Assembly (NCBI GenBank): GCA_018238545.1
Contig: JABCTC010000016.1
Span: forward strand, 10,950 to 74,949
Source of the DNA: Candidatus Heimdallarchaeota archaeon
GTDB lineage: Archaea; Asgardarchaeota; Heimdallarchaeia; Heimdallarchaeales; Heimdallarchaeaceae
DNA length: 64,000 nt
Direction: 5' to 3'
The position numbers and the translations under genes are program-made. Shown here piece by piece: positions 37,916 to 47,856 of the stretch; the stretch's first letter is position 1, and each line of letters opens with the position of its first letter. The notes beneath the pieces are model-generated. The model saw nothing but the letters and a program-made list of their open reading frames with translations, was not told where the DNA came from and made no database searches.

Positions 37916-39715
37916 TTAATTTTTATATTTCTTGAAAGCTATCATGGCGGCTAATCCTAGAAAGGATAAGAAGACTAAACCAGCGATACTGGTCTCGGTT
38001 GGGATTTCAAACTCTATTTCGAATCCAGCGTCTTCAACAAGAGATCGTGCAACATCTAAATCGTAGGTGTATGGTTCAAGTGTATCGTCATAACCAACGA
38101 CTGAATCAGGCACGGAAGTTGTAGCTGGTGCACCAAGACCATTCAAAATCTCGTCAACAATGATGTCACGAGGAGTTGCATGACTGATTGCTTGTCTAAT
38201 GAATTTAGCTGCTTCAGCAGTTCCTACTGGAGTTAGTTCTCCGGTTCCAAGGATTGGATGTTTCATATTAACTGACATTTCTTGGTGTGAAGGATCCTTA
38301 ACTAAAACACCTTCAATACCTGTAACACCTTCAAAATCAGATAGGTCTGGGAAGTATTGTGCATCCATAATGTCAATCTCACCTGACATTAACGAAGCAA
38401 CAGCACTATCTTTACCAGAAATGAAAGTAAGATAGAAGTGTTCCAGAGTTAATGGTGTTCCATGCCAATATGGATTAGGTATGCAATGTGCAATGCTTAG
38501 AATTGGATCATAGTCTGCTAACATCATAGGACCACAAGACATGACTAGAGCGTCACCTACATTTGCTCCTGGGTCTAATGGAACTTCGTTGAATATATCA
38601 TAACCATGTGCACTGATTGCTGCTTCAACTTTTGTTTTTTGAATAAGAGGGTTGTACATGAGACTTTCAGCTAAATTGAAAACACCAGTTAATTCGAAGA
38701 GAAGTTCTCCACCGGCTACATCAGGACCAACAACTGATATTGAATCATTTGATGCAAACCAGTATGTGTAAGTTCCATATGAACCAGAACCAACTGCAGG
38801 AGTCATATGCAATTCATAGCTGTATTCAACATCTGAAGGTAAGACAGAATCACCATTACTAAATTTAGCATTAGGATCTAATGATAGCGAGATGTTAATT
38901 TTGTCGTTGATAATCTCGGAAACAGTCCAACTACTACCTATTTCAGGCTCCCATCCGTGTGTAACTGGGGCGCGTTTAGCAGGAGAACCGTATACACCTT
39001 GCATCCATTGTAAATCATAATATGATGAAAGTACATAGTAATTGGGTTCTTTGAGATCTGCTGGTACAGCGTATTTGATGATATGATCTGCTGGGTCATC
39101 CCAGTTTTCTACACGTTGGTTAGAACTTGCTATTAACAAATCATCAATTCCGGTTAAACCTTCTTTGAAACCAAAGAGAGATCTTGGATAGACAAGGGCT
39201 ATTCCTGGAACGTCTTCATAGATTATGCTTTGTAGTTGATATCCTAACTCAGCACGAGCTGTGGGATCAACTTCTACCATAAATTCATCTAAAAGATTAT
39301 CATATACATGATTGCTATATTGATAGTGATTATCTCCATAAGGGGTAATAGCAGATGTTTCATACAAGGATTGCAAATTCAGGTCTAAATCCCATGACCA
39401 ACCTACGAACAGAATATCGTATCCACCTTCTGCATAAGTTGGAATGTAATCAAAATCTATCAAAGGATAATCCCATGTTCTTGGGGCAATGTTTCCCCAT
39501 CCTGTAGATTCATGGAAGGATATACCAATACCAATTTTTGGTAGGGTTTGTTCCATTAACAGTGACCATTGATTACGTGCAGGGCTAGTATTTGGAGAAA
39601 GAAGGTTTATTGAAAATGCTGTCCTAATTTCTGTATCAGCCGATGTAGGTATTATCAATGGTGACATACAAAATAGCACCAGTAGTGCTACACCAATAAA
39701 GGGTTTTTTATTCAT
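37916..39715 (-). CDS. Family-5 (OppA/DppA-like) ABC substrate-binding protein, circularly permuted, C-terminally anchored
   Basis: AKFSNGDSVLPSDVEYSY, CGPM, L.SGEID and IRQAISHA motifs; signal peptide and terminal TM followed by KKYKN. Confidence 0.88.
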   Translation of the reverse strand: MNKKPFIGVALLVLFCMSPLIIPTSADTEIRTAFSINLLSPNTSPARNQWSLLMEQTLPKIGIGISFHESTGWGNIAPRTWDYPLIDFDYIPTYAEGGYDILFVGWSWDLDLNLQSLYETSAITPYGDNHYQYSNHVYDNLLDEFMVEVDPTARAELGYQLQSIIYEDVPGIALVYPRSLFGFKEGLTGIDDLLIASSNQRVENWDDPADHIIKYAVPADLKEPNYYVLSSYYDLQWMQGVYGSPAKRAPVTHGWEPEIGSSWTVSEIINDKINISLSLDPNAKFSNGDSVLPSDVEYSYELHMTPAVGSGSYGTYTYWFASNDSISVVGPDVAGGELLFELTGVFNLAESLMYNPLIQKTKVEAAISAHGYDIFNEVPLDPGANVGDALVMSCGPMMLADYDPILSIAHCIPNPYWHGTPLTLEHFYLTFISGKDSAVASLMSGEIDIMDAQYFPDLSDFEGVTGIEGVLVKDPSHQEMSVNMKHPILGTGELTPVGTAEAAKFIRQAISHATPRDIIVDEILNGLGAPATTSVPDSVVGYDDTLEPYTYDLDVARSLVEDAGFEIEFEIPTETSIAGLVFLSFLGLAAMIAFKKYKN

Positions 39716-40064
39716 TTTTGTTTTCCACCTTTTAATTTTTCCACCGAAGGCGTAAACCTTTCAGTAGATTAACCACACGTCACATTAGGCACTTATTAAC
39801 GTTTTACCGTTATTTTAATAATTAGATTATCAGTGTTTTAATTATTGAAATGCATTGATAGCAGGAAAATGAGGAGTTGGGAAGCATAAGGAGCATTTCA
39901 CAAAAAAAGGAGCTCAGTTTAATCATTAGAAAGAAGCATTCTCACAGATTAAGACTGTGTTCTCTATTAGAGATAAGAGTGTTGTTTGACACGAGAAAGT
40001 TGGAAACGCAGAATTTTTATTAGATTAATATGTTATTAATTATAACAAGCATTCTGCAAAGTGG

Positions 40065-40916
40065 ATGACGGGGATAATTATGAAGATTGAGTTTATACTT
40101 CAAAGCGAGGGACAAGAATATAGCTTTGAGGTAGAATCAAACGTTGAGGAACTTAATCTTGCGTGTTTATCCATAAACAAAATTAATCTAGAATCGTTAG
40201 AATATTGTAATAACATCAAGAAAATAGATCTTAGTAATAATAATTTATCTAGTATTGATTTACTACCTGTAGTCAACTGCAAGAAATTTAAAAGCCTAGA
40301 CTTGAGCAATAATCGGCTCTTATCTATAAACCTTAGTCCTTTGAAATACTGTAAAGAATTAGAGGTAATAAATCTCCAAAATAACTTCTTAGAAAGTTTG
40401 AATCTCAAACCGCTTTATAAAAATGTTAAAATAAAAATCATAAATATGGATAATAATCTTCTTAGAGAAGTAAACTTCAGAAAAGAAACAGAGTGGAAAG
40501 CCATAGAAGAAATTCGTCTATTCAGTAATGAAATTGAAAAGATAGATTTTAAATTTCTTGAAAAAAGCAAGAATCTTCGAGAGCTAGATTTAGGTGACAA
40601 TAAGCTTAGGAAAGTAAAACTTGATCCGCTTTCCAGAGACAATAAGCTTTCAGCAATTTCATTAGAAAGAAATCTCCTAAAGAATATAGATTTAAGGGGG
40701 ATGGGAGAGAAGAAGAAATATGTTTTGTGCACAGACCCGAATGTGGAAATTCAAAGCATGTCAGAAATTAAATCAAAAAACAAACCTACCATAGTATACT
40801 CTAAGGGGAGTTTCTATTCAGAAGAACAAGAAAAGAGGCTGGATGAGTTTTTCAAAGAAGAGAAAAGAGAGAGAAAAGAAAGTAGAAAAGCACTTCTTAA
40901 GAGGAATTCCATCTAG
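40065..40916 (+). CDS. Leucine-rich repeat protein
   Basis: About 7-8 22-residue repeats of LxxLxLxxNxLxxIxLxPL type. Confidence 0.92.
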   Translation: MTGIIMKIEFILQSEGQEYSFEVESNVEELNLACLSINKINLESLEYCNNIKKIDLSNNNLSSIDLLPVVNCKKFKSLDLSNNRLLSINLSPLKYCKELEVINLQNNFLESLNLKPLYKNVKIKIINMDNNLLREVNFRKETEWKAIEEIRLFSNEIEKIDFKFLEKSKNLRELDLGDNKLRKVKLDPLSRDNKLSAISLERNLLKNIDLRGMGEKKKYVLCTDPNVEIQSMSEIKSKNKPTIVYSKGSFYSEEQEKRLDEFFKEEKRERKESRKALLKRNSI

Positions 40917-41176
40917 AACAAACTAGAGTCGTATTAACATTGAATCTAGCAAATATTTTCGATTATTTCTCTCAGAATTTAATTTAAATTTTTTTTTCTA
41001 GATAGTTGTGTAAAAAAAAGGCGAGTAGACCAAGAGTCTTATGATGGGCTTATAAAAGCTACGTTAGTAATAGTAGTGTACGTGGCTAATACTATCAAAA
41101 CACTTAATAAAAAAAACATGTGTAGTGAATCCATAAGACCACAATTAATATTAACTAAATAAAAAGGTGACAAAAT

Positions 41177-42313
41177 TTGGAAGAGATGATACAAAACAAA
41201 CCGCTTGTTATCGATAATGGTACGGGCTTTACCAAAAACGGTTTTGCTGGAGAAGATCAACCTAGAAGCGTTTTTCCAACGATCATTGGTTATCCTAAAT
41301 ATCAGATAATCATGACCGATGTAGAACATTACGTTCGCGAATATTACATAGGCGAAGAAGCTATCAACCTACGAGGTGTTTTGAAGCTTGTTTATCCTGT
41401 TGAGCATGGACAAGTTCAAGATTGGGATGCTATGGAACGCATTTGGCATTATACTTTCTATAATGACTTACGTGTTAATCCTAATGAACATCCTATTCTG
41501 TTAACTGAACCTCCTTTGAATAAAAATCAAAACAAAGAGAAAATGGCAGAATTAATGTTTGATACATTCAATGTACCTGCAATGTATATCTCAATGCAGG
41601 CTATTCTATCCCTATACGCATCAGGTCGTACAACTGGTATAGTTGTAGACTCTGGTGATGGTGTTACACACATTGTTCCTGTCTATGAAGGTTTCGCAAT
41701 TGCTCACGCCATTCATCGTTCTGATATCGGTGGTCGTGATGTAACTGACTATTTGAGAAGATTACTCCGACAACGTGGATATTCACTTTCTAGCAGTGCT
41801 GAGAGAGAAATTGTCCGTGACATTAAAGAACGTCTTTGCTATGTAGCTTTAGATCCTGAAAAAGAATTGAAGCTAGCTGAGAAAGTTTCTGGAATGGAAA
41901 AGACATACACTCTACCTGATGGTGAAACATTAACCATTGGTGCTGAGAGATTCATGGCCCCTGAATTGTTCTTCAATCCTGGAGCTATTGGTTCTGAAGA
42001 GAATGCATTAGATGAATTAATTTACAGATCCATTCAAAACTGTGATGTCGATCTTCGAAGAGATCTATACGCCAATATCGTATTATCAGGCGGATCTACA
42101 ATGTTCCCAGGTCTAAAAGAACGTCTCCACAAGGAGCTTACTGAATTAGTACCTGAAACAATGGAAGTAAAAATCATTGCCCCCCCTGAAAGAAGATATT
42201 CTGTTTGGATTGGTGGAAGTATCTTAAGTTCCCTTAAGACATTCGCAAAACTGTGGGTTACCAAGAAAGAATACAAAGAAATTGGTGTTACCGCAGTTTA
42301 CCGCTGTATCTAA
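41177..42313 (+). CDS. Asgard actin (Lokiactin-type)
   Basis: [41 protein letters not shown] and [16 protein letters not shown] motifs. Confidence 0.98.
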   Translation: MEEMIQNKPLVIDNGTGFTKNGFAGEDQPRSVFPTIIGYPKYQIIMTDVEHYVREYYIGEEAINLRGVLKLVYPVEHGQVQDWDAMERIWHYTFYNDLRVNPNEHPILLTEPPLNKNQNKEKMAELMFDTFNVPAMYISMQAILSLYASGRTTGIVVDSGDGVTHIVPVYEGFAIAHAIHRSDIGGRDVTDYLRRLLRQRGYSLSSSAEREIVRDIKERLCYVALDPEKELKLAEKVSGMEKTYTLPDGETLTIGAERFMAPELFFNPGAIGSEENALDELIYRSIQNCDVDLRRDLYANIVLSGGSTMFPGLKERLHKELTELVPETMEVKIIAPPERRYSVWIGGSILSSLKTFAKLWVTKKEYKEIGVTAVYRCI

Positions 42314-42457
42314 GACATAATCCCTCTTTTTCCTTCTTTTTCTTTATTATCTTTAACTTCATGCTGAAAATAGATTCAATCCTTTCCCTTTTATCAAAAC
42401 ATTTATTTTTCATCTTCAAAAGCATTGTTTAGAGATTATTAGATTAGAGGATTTAAA

Positions 42458-42799
42458 ATGGCACAACCACAATTGACACCAGAACAACAAGAAAGCCTTC
42501 AACGTTACCAACAACTAGCTCAGCAATTAGAGATAATTGGAAGACAAATCCAGCAATTAGAAATGGAAAAAAGGGATTTAGAGATAGCTAAAAAGGAAAC
42601 TAAAGAGTTGGATAATTCTGCAGTTATTTATCGTTCAGCAGGTAGGTTATTATTTAAAACAAGCCTTGAAGACGTGACTAAATATGTAGCAGAAGAATAT
42701 GAGAAGGTTGAAGTAAGAATTGCTTCATTGACAAAACGACAGAATAAAATGGTCGCATCTTTTAAAGAGTTACAAACAGAACTTTCTGGGAGTCAATAA
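42458..42799 (+). CDS. pfdB: Prefoldin beta subunit
   Basis: Coiled coil, IYRSAGRLLFK hairpin, coiled coil. Confidence 0.9.
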   Translation: MAQPQLTPEQQESLQRYQQLAQQLEIIGRQIQQLEMEKRDLEIAKKETKELDNSAVIYRSAGRLLFKTSLEDVTKYVAEEYEKVEVRIASLTKRQNKMVASFKELQTELSGSQ

Positions 42800-42838
42800 T
42801 CCCAGCACAGAGTTTTAAACAAAAAGGGTTGAAAGTTT

Positions 42839-43144
42839 ATGGATTTAGATATAACTGATATTGGACTTAAATCTTTGTCCAATGATGAGCTTGAAGAGAT
42901 AGTAACAATAGTTGACAACAAGTTAGAATTATTTCTTCAAAATCATAAATATTGGAAACTCTTAACTGATTTTGGGGTTATTGTAAGTTTATCCCAGGAT
43001 TCCGACAATGTTCTCACTCTAATCCTAGACTTCGACATATCTGGTGGTTTATCTTCTTTACATTTAGATGAACTTCAACAAGAGGTTTATGAATACTCAC
43101 AAGAGGCGTTAAAGGAGGAATTGCTCTGTCGGAAAAATTCTTAG
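42839..43144 (+). CDS. DUF3194-like acidic protein
   Basis: IGLKSLSNDELEEI start, and position between pfdB and DHH as in the conserved archaeal cluster. Confidence 0.6.
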   Translation: MDLDITDIGLKSLSNDELEEIVTIVDNKLELFLQNHKYWKLLTDFGVIVSLSQDSDNVLTLILDFDISGGLSSLHLDELQQEVYEYSQEALKEELLCRKNS

Positions 43145-44136
43145 ATATCATAAAGATCTATCAAAAAGAAAATTTTTCTCATGTAGGAATCTTTGCTCAC
43201 CAAAATGCAGATCCTGATGCAATTGCAAGTGTAGTCGGACTAAAATACATATTAAAGCAATATTTTCCGAAATCGAAATTTACCATGTTCGCACATTCAA
43301 TTAGTACAATATCAAAAAAACTACTTTCAATCGGAAATGAATTGTTTCAAAGTGATACTGTGCCTAACGACCTTGATATCATTTTCATCTGCGATGCCAA
43401 TAATATTCAACAGCTTGGTAATATCTCATTAAATGATTTCACTTCTCAAAAGAAGCCAATCATTGTAATAGATCATCATGTAAAGATAGAACAATCAGAT
43501 GAGATTACTCATTCAATAGTCAATGCTGAGACATCAACCGCTGAAATGATAGGAAAAATATATGAAAAATTAGAAATAGCATTAGAACCTAAAATTGCTA
43601 CATTTTTGCTTACAGGTATTCTTTTTGATACTCGAAGATTCATCTATAGAACAGCATCAACTTTTGATACTGTTCAATTTTTAATACAAAGTGGAGGCAA
43701 TTACGAGAAAGCACTCTCTATTTTACAAATAGAGCCAAGTGATTCAGAGAAAATTGCTAGATTAAAAGGAGCAACAAGAACAATAATTCATAAAGAAGGA
43801 ACTTACATTTATGCTTTTACTCATATTAGTTCTTATGAATCATCGTTAGCACGAGCATTAATTGGATTAGGAGCTAGCTTTGCGGTCGTATTAGCTGTTC
43901 CTTCTGATACTCAGTTCCGCGTCAGTATGAGGTGTACCAAAACTTTTGCAGAAGGAAATAAAATCTCTCTTGGAAATCTAGCAAATGTGATTTCTGCTCA
44001 ATTTGAGGGATCGGGTGGAGGTCATCAAACTGCAGCGGGGATGAATTTTAATAGACCGAAGGAGTTTCCTAAGGATAAAAACAAAATTGTACAAATGCTT
44101 CTAAAAATGATGCTTAAAGAAATAAATCGGAAATAA
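43126..44136 (+). CDS. DHH/DHHA1 phosphoesterase (NrnA-like); start extended to CTG 43126
   Basis: Motif I (HQNADPDA) lies upstream of the track's ATG, in the same frame. DHH and GGGH motifs present; GGAGG at 43114-43118. Confidence 0.88.
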   Translation: MSEKFLDIIKIYQKENFSHVGIFAHQNADPDAIASVVGLKYILKQYFPKSKFTMFAHSISTISKKLLSIGNELFQSDTVPNDLDIIFICDANNIQQLGNISLNDFTSQKKPIIVIDHHVKIEQSDEITHSIVNAETSTAEMIGKIYEKLEIALEPKIATFLLTGILFDTRRFIYRTASTFDTVQFLIQSGGNYEKALSILQIEPSDSEKIARLKGATRTIIHKEGTYIYAFTHISSYESSLARALIGLGASFAVVLAVPSDTQFRVSMRCTKTFAEGNKISLGNLANVISAQFEGSGGGHQTAAGMNFNRPKEFPKDKNKIVQMLLKMMLKEINRK

Positions 44137-44156
44137 ATCATCTCTGGTGATCTAGA

Positions 44157-46388
44157 TTGAAAGAACCAATAATCTCTTTCGAGAATTTTTCTTGTCAATA
44201 CCATTTTCGTAACGAATGGGCACTTTCAGATATCAATCTAACGATTTCACAGGGGGAGTTCATAATAATCACAGGTTCAAGCGGCTCAGGAAAGAGTTCG
44301 CTATGTTACTCATTAGTTGGTCTCATACCCTTTTTCTATGCTGGAAAAACAAAGGGAGACGTATTTGTTGGAAAACAGAAGGTGCAAGATTCTTCTATTC
44401 TATACCTATCTAAAAGAATTGGATATATTCCACAACGCGTTGAAAATACACTGGTTACACCTTTTGTTCTGACTGAATTAGCTTTTCCATTGGAATATAG
44501 AGATATAAAAGAGGAGGTTGTTAATGAAAAGGTTCAATCAATTGCATTGAAATTACACATAAATAATTTACTGGAGAGTAATCCGCAGAAATTATCAGAG
44601 GGGCAAAAACAAAAAGTCGCGATTGCTTGTGGTTTGACTTCTAGTCCCAAAATAATTATAGCTGATGAGCCTTTAGCAAATCTTGATACCAACAACAAGA
44701 AAATGATCTGCTCACTTTTAGCTGAATTGAATAGAGAAGGAAAAACCATAATTGTATCGACCCATGATATTTCAAATTATCTGGATGTTGCAACAAGGGT
44801 TATTGAGATTAAGGAGGGGAAGATTGTAAGAGAAACTACAATAAAAAAAGAGAGAACGAATCTAAAAGAAATTGCAAGTATTCAGGAGAACGAGGAACTA
44901 AAAGAAATATCAATAAAAAGACAGTCTCTTACGCAAAAAAGCATTTTATCGGTAAAAAACCTTGAATTCGAGTTTCCAGAAGGTTTCAGAATAAATAACA
45001 TTTCTTTTTCATTCAACGAAGGGGAAGTTGTAGGGATTATAGGAGACAATGGATCAGGAAAGACAACAGTAGCAAAACTTCTTTGTGGTATATTAAAACC
45101 TACAAATGGTTCTATTAAGATTAAGGGGGTGGAATTCGAAGATTTGTCTTGGGAAGAAAGAGCTAAGTGTGTATCAATGGTTTTTCAGAACCCCGAAATT
45201 CAATTCTTTGAAGATAAGGTTAATCAAGAGATCGAATTAGTTAAGGAAAGTTTAGGAATCGAATCTAAGGGCTCAGACATTGAAATCTTACTTGAAAATA
45301 GTGGCTTAGAGAAGTACAAAGACCAGAATCCACATTCGCTCTCCCATGGTGAAAAGAGAAGGTTAGCTTTTATTGCTGCAATATACCACGACCCAGACAT
45401 CATTATTTTAGATGAAATCACAAATGGATTAGATATATCGAATAAAGAGTGGTTAGTTAACAAAATATGTGATTTAAGAAATGATAACAAAACCGTGGTT
45501 ATTATTTCACATGACTCATCTTGGTTGAAAGATTTTTGTAATAGATTATTCCTTTTGGAAGATGGATTTATAAGAGAAATAGAAAATCTTGAGAGTTTAG
45601 GATCGAGTACCAGTGAATATAAAGAAATTCCGAATCAAATTAGGAAAAAAAGTGAGGAAAAAGTATTATCTGAAATTGGCAGTAGATGGCACTTAGATCC
45701 TAGAACAAGAGTGGTGGTTGTACTAACATTGCTTATTTCAGCACTTTATGCAAGTAATGTTTATGTTTTAATTACATTGCTTCTCTTCTCAATTTCAATT
45801 TATATCACTGGTGAAATAAAACTGAGATTTCTAACTCAAGCTGTGTTTTTCCTTACAGTTTTTTCTATAATAGCTACTATAATCGCATTCTATAGTGGTA
45901 TTATAATTGACCCTCTTACAACATTTGTCCAAATAGAGGTAAGATTTGTAGTATCTCTGTTAGTAATAACTTGGTTCTTTAATTCCGTTAGTCCTTATGA
46001 ACTAGCAGTAGCTTTAGAAAAGATGTATCTTCCTGCAAAACTTGTGTGGCTAATTATCTCTATTTACCAATTTGTCCCTGTATTAAGTAAAGAAGCAACA
46101 GACATCAATTCCATCAGAAAATTGAAAGGATTAATAGGAAAAAGATTGAGTTTGAGGAGACAATATTACATCATGAAGAAAACTCTTCGTCCTTTAATGG
46201 CAGGATCAATAAACAGAGGCATAGATTTAGCAGAATCCATGGTTCTAAAAGGATTCGAACCTAAAAGAAGAAAAAATCACATTTTGGATGTTCATATAAA
46301 GATAATTGATATTGTAATAATAATAATGGTTCTTACAATATTGGGTTTAGCTATCTATTTTACTGTTTATTATTCTGCACTTGTGTAA
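44157..46388 (+). CDS. ECF transporter fusion: two ABC ATPase domains plus EcfT
   Basis: GSSGSGKS/LSEGQKQ/ADEP and GDNGSGKT/LSHGEKR/LDE, then LDPRT and a TM CbiQ/EcfT domain. Confidence 0.9.
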   Translation: MKEPIISFENFSCQYHFRNEWALSDINLTISQGEFIIITGSSGSGKSSLCYSLVGLIPFFYAGKTKGDVFVGKQKVQDSSILYLSKRIGYIPQRVENTLVTPFVLTELAFPLEYRDIKEEVVNEKVQSIALKLHINNLLESNPQKLSEGQKQKVAIACGLTSSPKIIIADEPLANLDTNNKKMICSLLAELNREGKTIIVSTHDISNYLDVATRVIEIKEGKIVRETTIKKERTNLKEIASIQENEELKEISIKRQSLTQKSILSVKNLEFEFPEGFRINNISFSFNEGEVVGIIGDNGSGKTTVAKLLCGILKPTNGSIKIKGVEFEDLSWEERAKCVSMVFQNPEIQFFEDKVNQEIELVKESLGIESKGSDIEILLENSGLEKYKDQNPHSLSHGEKRRLAFIAAIYHDPDIIILDEITNGLDISNKEWLVNKICDLRNDNKTVVIISHDSSWLKDFCNRLFLLEDGFIREIENLESLGSSTSEYKEIPNQIRKKSEEKVLSEIGSRWHLDPRTRVVVVLTLLISALYASNVYVLITLLLFSISIYITGEIKLRFLTQAVFFLTVFSIIATIIAFYSGIIIDPLTTFVQIEVRFVVSLLVITWFFNSVSPYELAVALEKMYLPAKLVWLIISIYQFVPVLSKEATDINSIRKLKGLIGKRLSLRRQYYIMKKTLRPLMAGSINRGIDLAESMVLKGFEPKRRKNHILDVHIKIIDIVIIIMVLTILGLAIYFTVYYSALV

Positions 46389-46998
46389 TTAATTTGAGAA
46401 CATCCTTTTGGATTTCAGAAATTTCTTTAGTTGCATCAAGTTTTATTATTAATTTGGGGAACCTTTCTGCAAGCAATAAATAAATAGACTTAACTTTTTT
46501 CAGACTTTCTTCTTTCTCAAAAGTGTTTACGCCTTCCGTTCTTTCAGATGAAATCCTTTCTAGAGCTACATCAACAGGCAAATCCAAAAATATCACTAAG
46601 TGAGGTGCAATTGCAATTTTTTCATTCTCCTCTAAGATATATTGCCAATCAAGTCCTCTTGCACCTTGATAAGCAACTGAAGAGAAGTAGTATCTGTCAG
46701 TAACAACAATTTTTCCAGCTTTGAGTAAAGGAATCACCTCACTCTTCACATGATATATTCTATCTTCCAGAAAGAGTCTAAATTCATCTTTAACAGGTAA
46801 TCTAGTAGGAGCAAAAAAGCTATCACGAAGTTTTTTTCCTGGTTCAGACCACCTTGTTGGTTCAGTTGTATAAACTGCATCATATCCTAAAGTGCGAAGT
46901 CGTTCAACTATTAATTTTGAATGGGTGGTTTTCCCTGAACCATCAATCCCTTCAAAACAGATAAACAATCCTGGACTGGAAGCATCAGACATTATCAC
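46360..46998 (-). CDS. tmk: Thymidylate kinase
   Basis: FEGIDGSGKTT, EP and DRYYFSSVAYQG motifs. Confidence 0.95.
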   Translation of the reverse strand: MIMSDASSPGLFICFEGIDGSGKTTHSKLIVERLRTLGYDAVYTTEPTRWSEPGKKLRDSFFAPTRLPVKDEFRLFLEDRIYHVKSEVIPLLKAGKIVVTDRYYFSSVAYQGARGLDWQYILEENEKIAIAPHLVIFLDLPVDVALERISSERTEGVNTFEKEESLKKVKSIYLLLAERFPKLIIKLDATKEISEIQKDVLKLITQVQNNKQ

Positions 46999-47057
46999 TC
47001 ATTGAAAATGAATGAAATAAAACAGTTTTGGTGACCAACTTATAGAAGTAAAGAAAA

Positions 47058-47717
47058 TCATATTTTGACAAGTTTTTTCTTACATTCTGGGCATCTGTTA
47101 TCTACAGGAGTTACATCTTTAAAACAATTCCAACAGATAATTGTTGTTTCAGAAACTCCTTTATTCAAAGATTGAAGAATGGCTTTAAGCTGTTCTGTCA
47201 AGATTTCTGCTTTTTCAATTTCATTTTTCTTTTGATACGAACGTACTATACCACTAGTAAAATAAAAAACTAAGAATATTCCAAGAATTCCAAGGGAAAC
47301 ATAACCAACAGTAGACAGAGGGTTCCCAGTATCAGGTAGAAAACTTAGAAGGGAGGAACCTACGAAACCAATGATAAAAAACAGCCACCAGAAACGGAAA
47401 ATTGAACCAAAAAATGATCTTTGTCGGTTACCTTGGTTTGTCCTCTTCAGTCTATTGGAAATGAGTTTATCAATTGAAAAGAAATCAATACGAGTTAGTT
47501 CGATATTGACTAAATTACCAGTTCGATCAAGCTTAATATGAAAATCAAGTAACCATTGATAGGAATTCTGAACTACACGCAAGGTTTGATATTGTAAGTA
47601 GTCTTCTTTTGGTTTTTTAACTTTATAATCTAACTCCTTAAGTTTAGATTCTACTTCCTGCATGATAGTTTGAATGTCTTGTTCACTACAATGAACTTCT
47701 ATTCTTCCTAGTACCAT
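47058..47717 (-). CDS. 2-TM membrane protein with C-terminal zinc ribbon
   Basis: CWNC...CPEC at the C-terminus. Confidence 0.72.
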   Translation of the reverse strand: MVLGRIEVHCSEQDIQTIMQEVESKLKELDYKVKKPKEDYLQYQTLRVVQNSYQWLLDFHIKLDRTGNLVNIELTRIDFFSIDKLISNRLKRTNQGNRQRSFFGSIFRFWWLFFIIGFVGSSLLSFLPDTGNPLSTVGYVSLGILGIFLVFYFTSGIVRSYQKKNEIEKAEILTEQLKAILQSLNKGVSETTIICWNCFKDVTPVDNRCPECKKKLVKI

Positions 47718-47856
47718 ATAGCAAGTATCAGAATGGCTATCTATTTGAATTTTTGCTCTATAGAATTACAAGTAGAGGCGAAAATTCAGAGAAATGTTTA
47801 AATTCAAAGTTTTTTCGTTAAGATTACCTAAGGCTAGATTTCGTTAGGATAAAATA

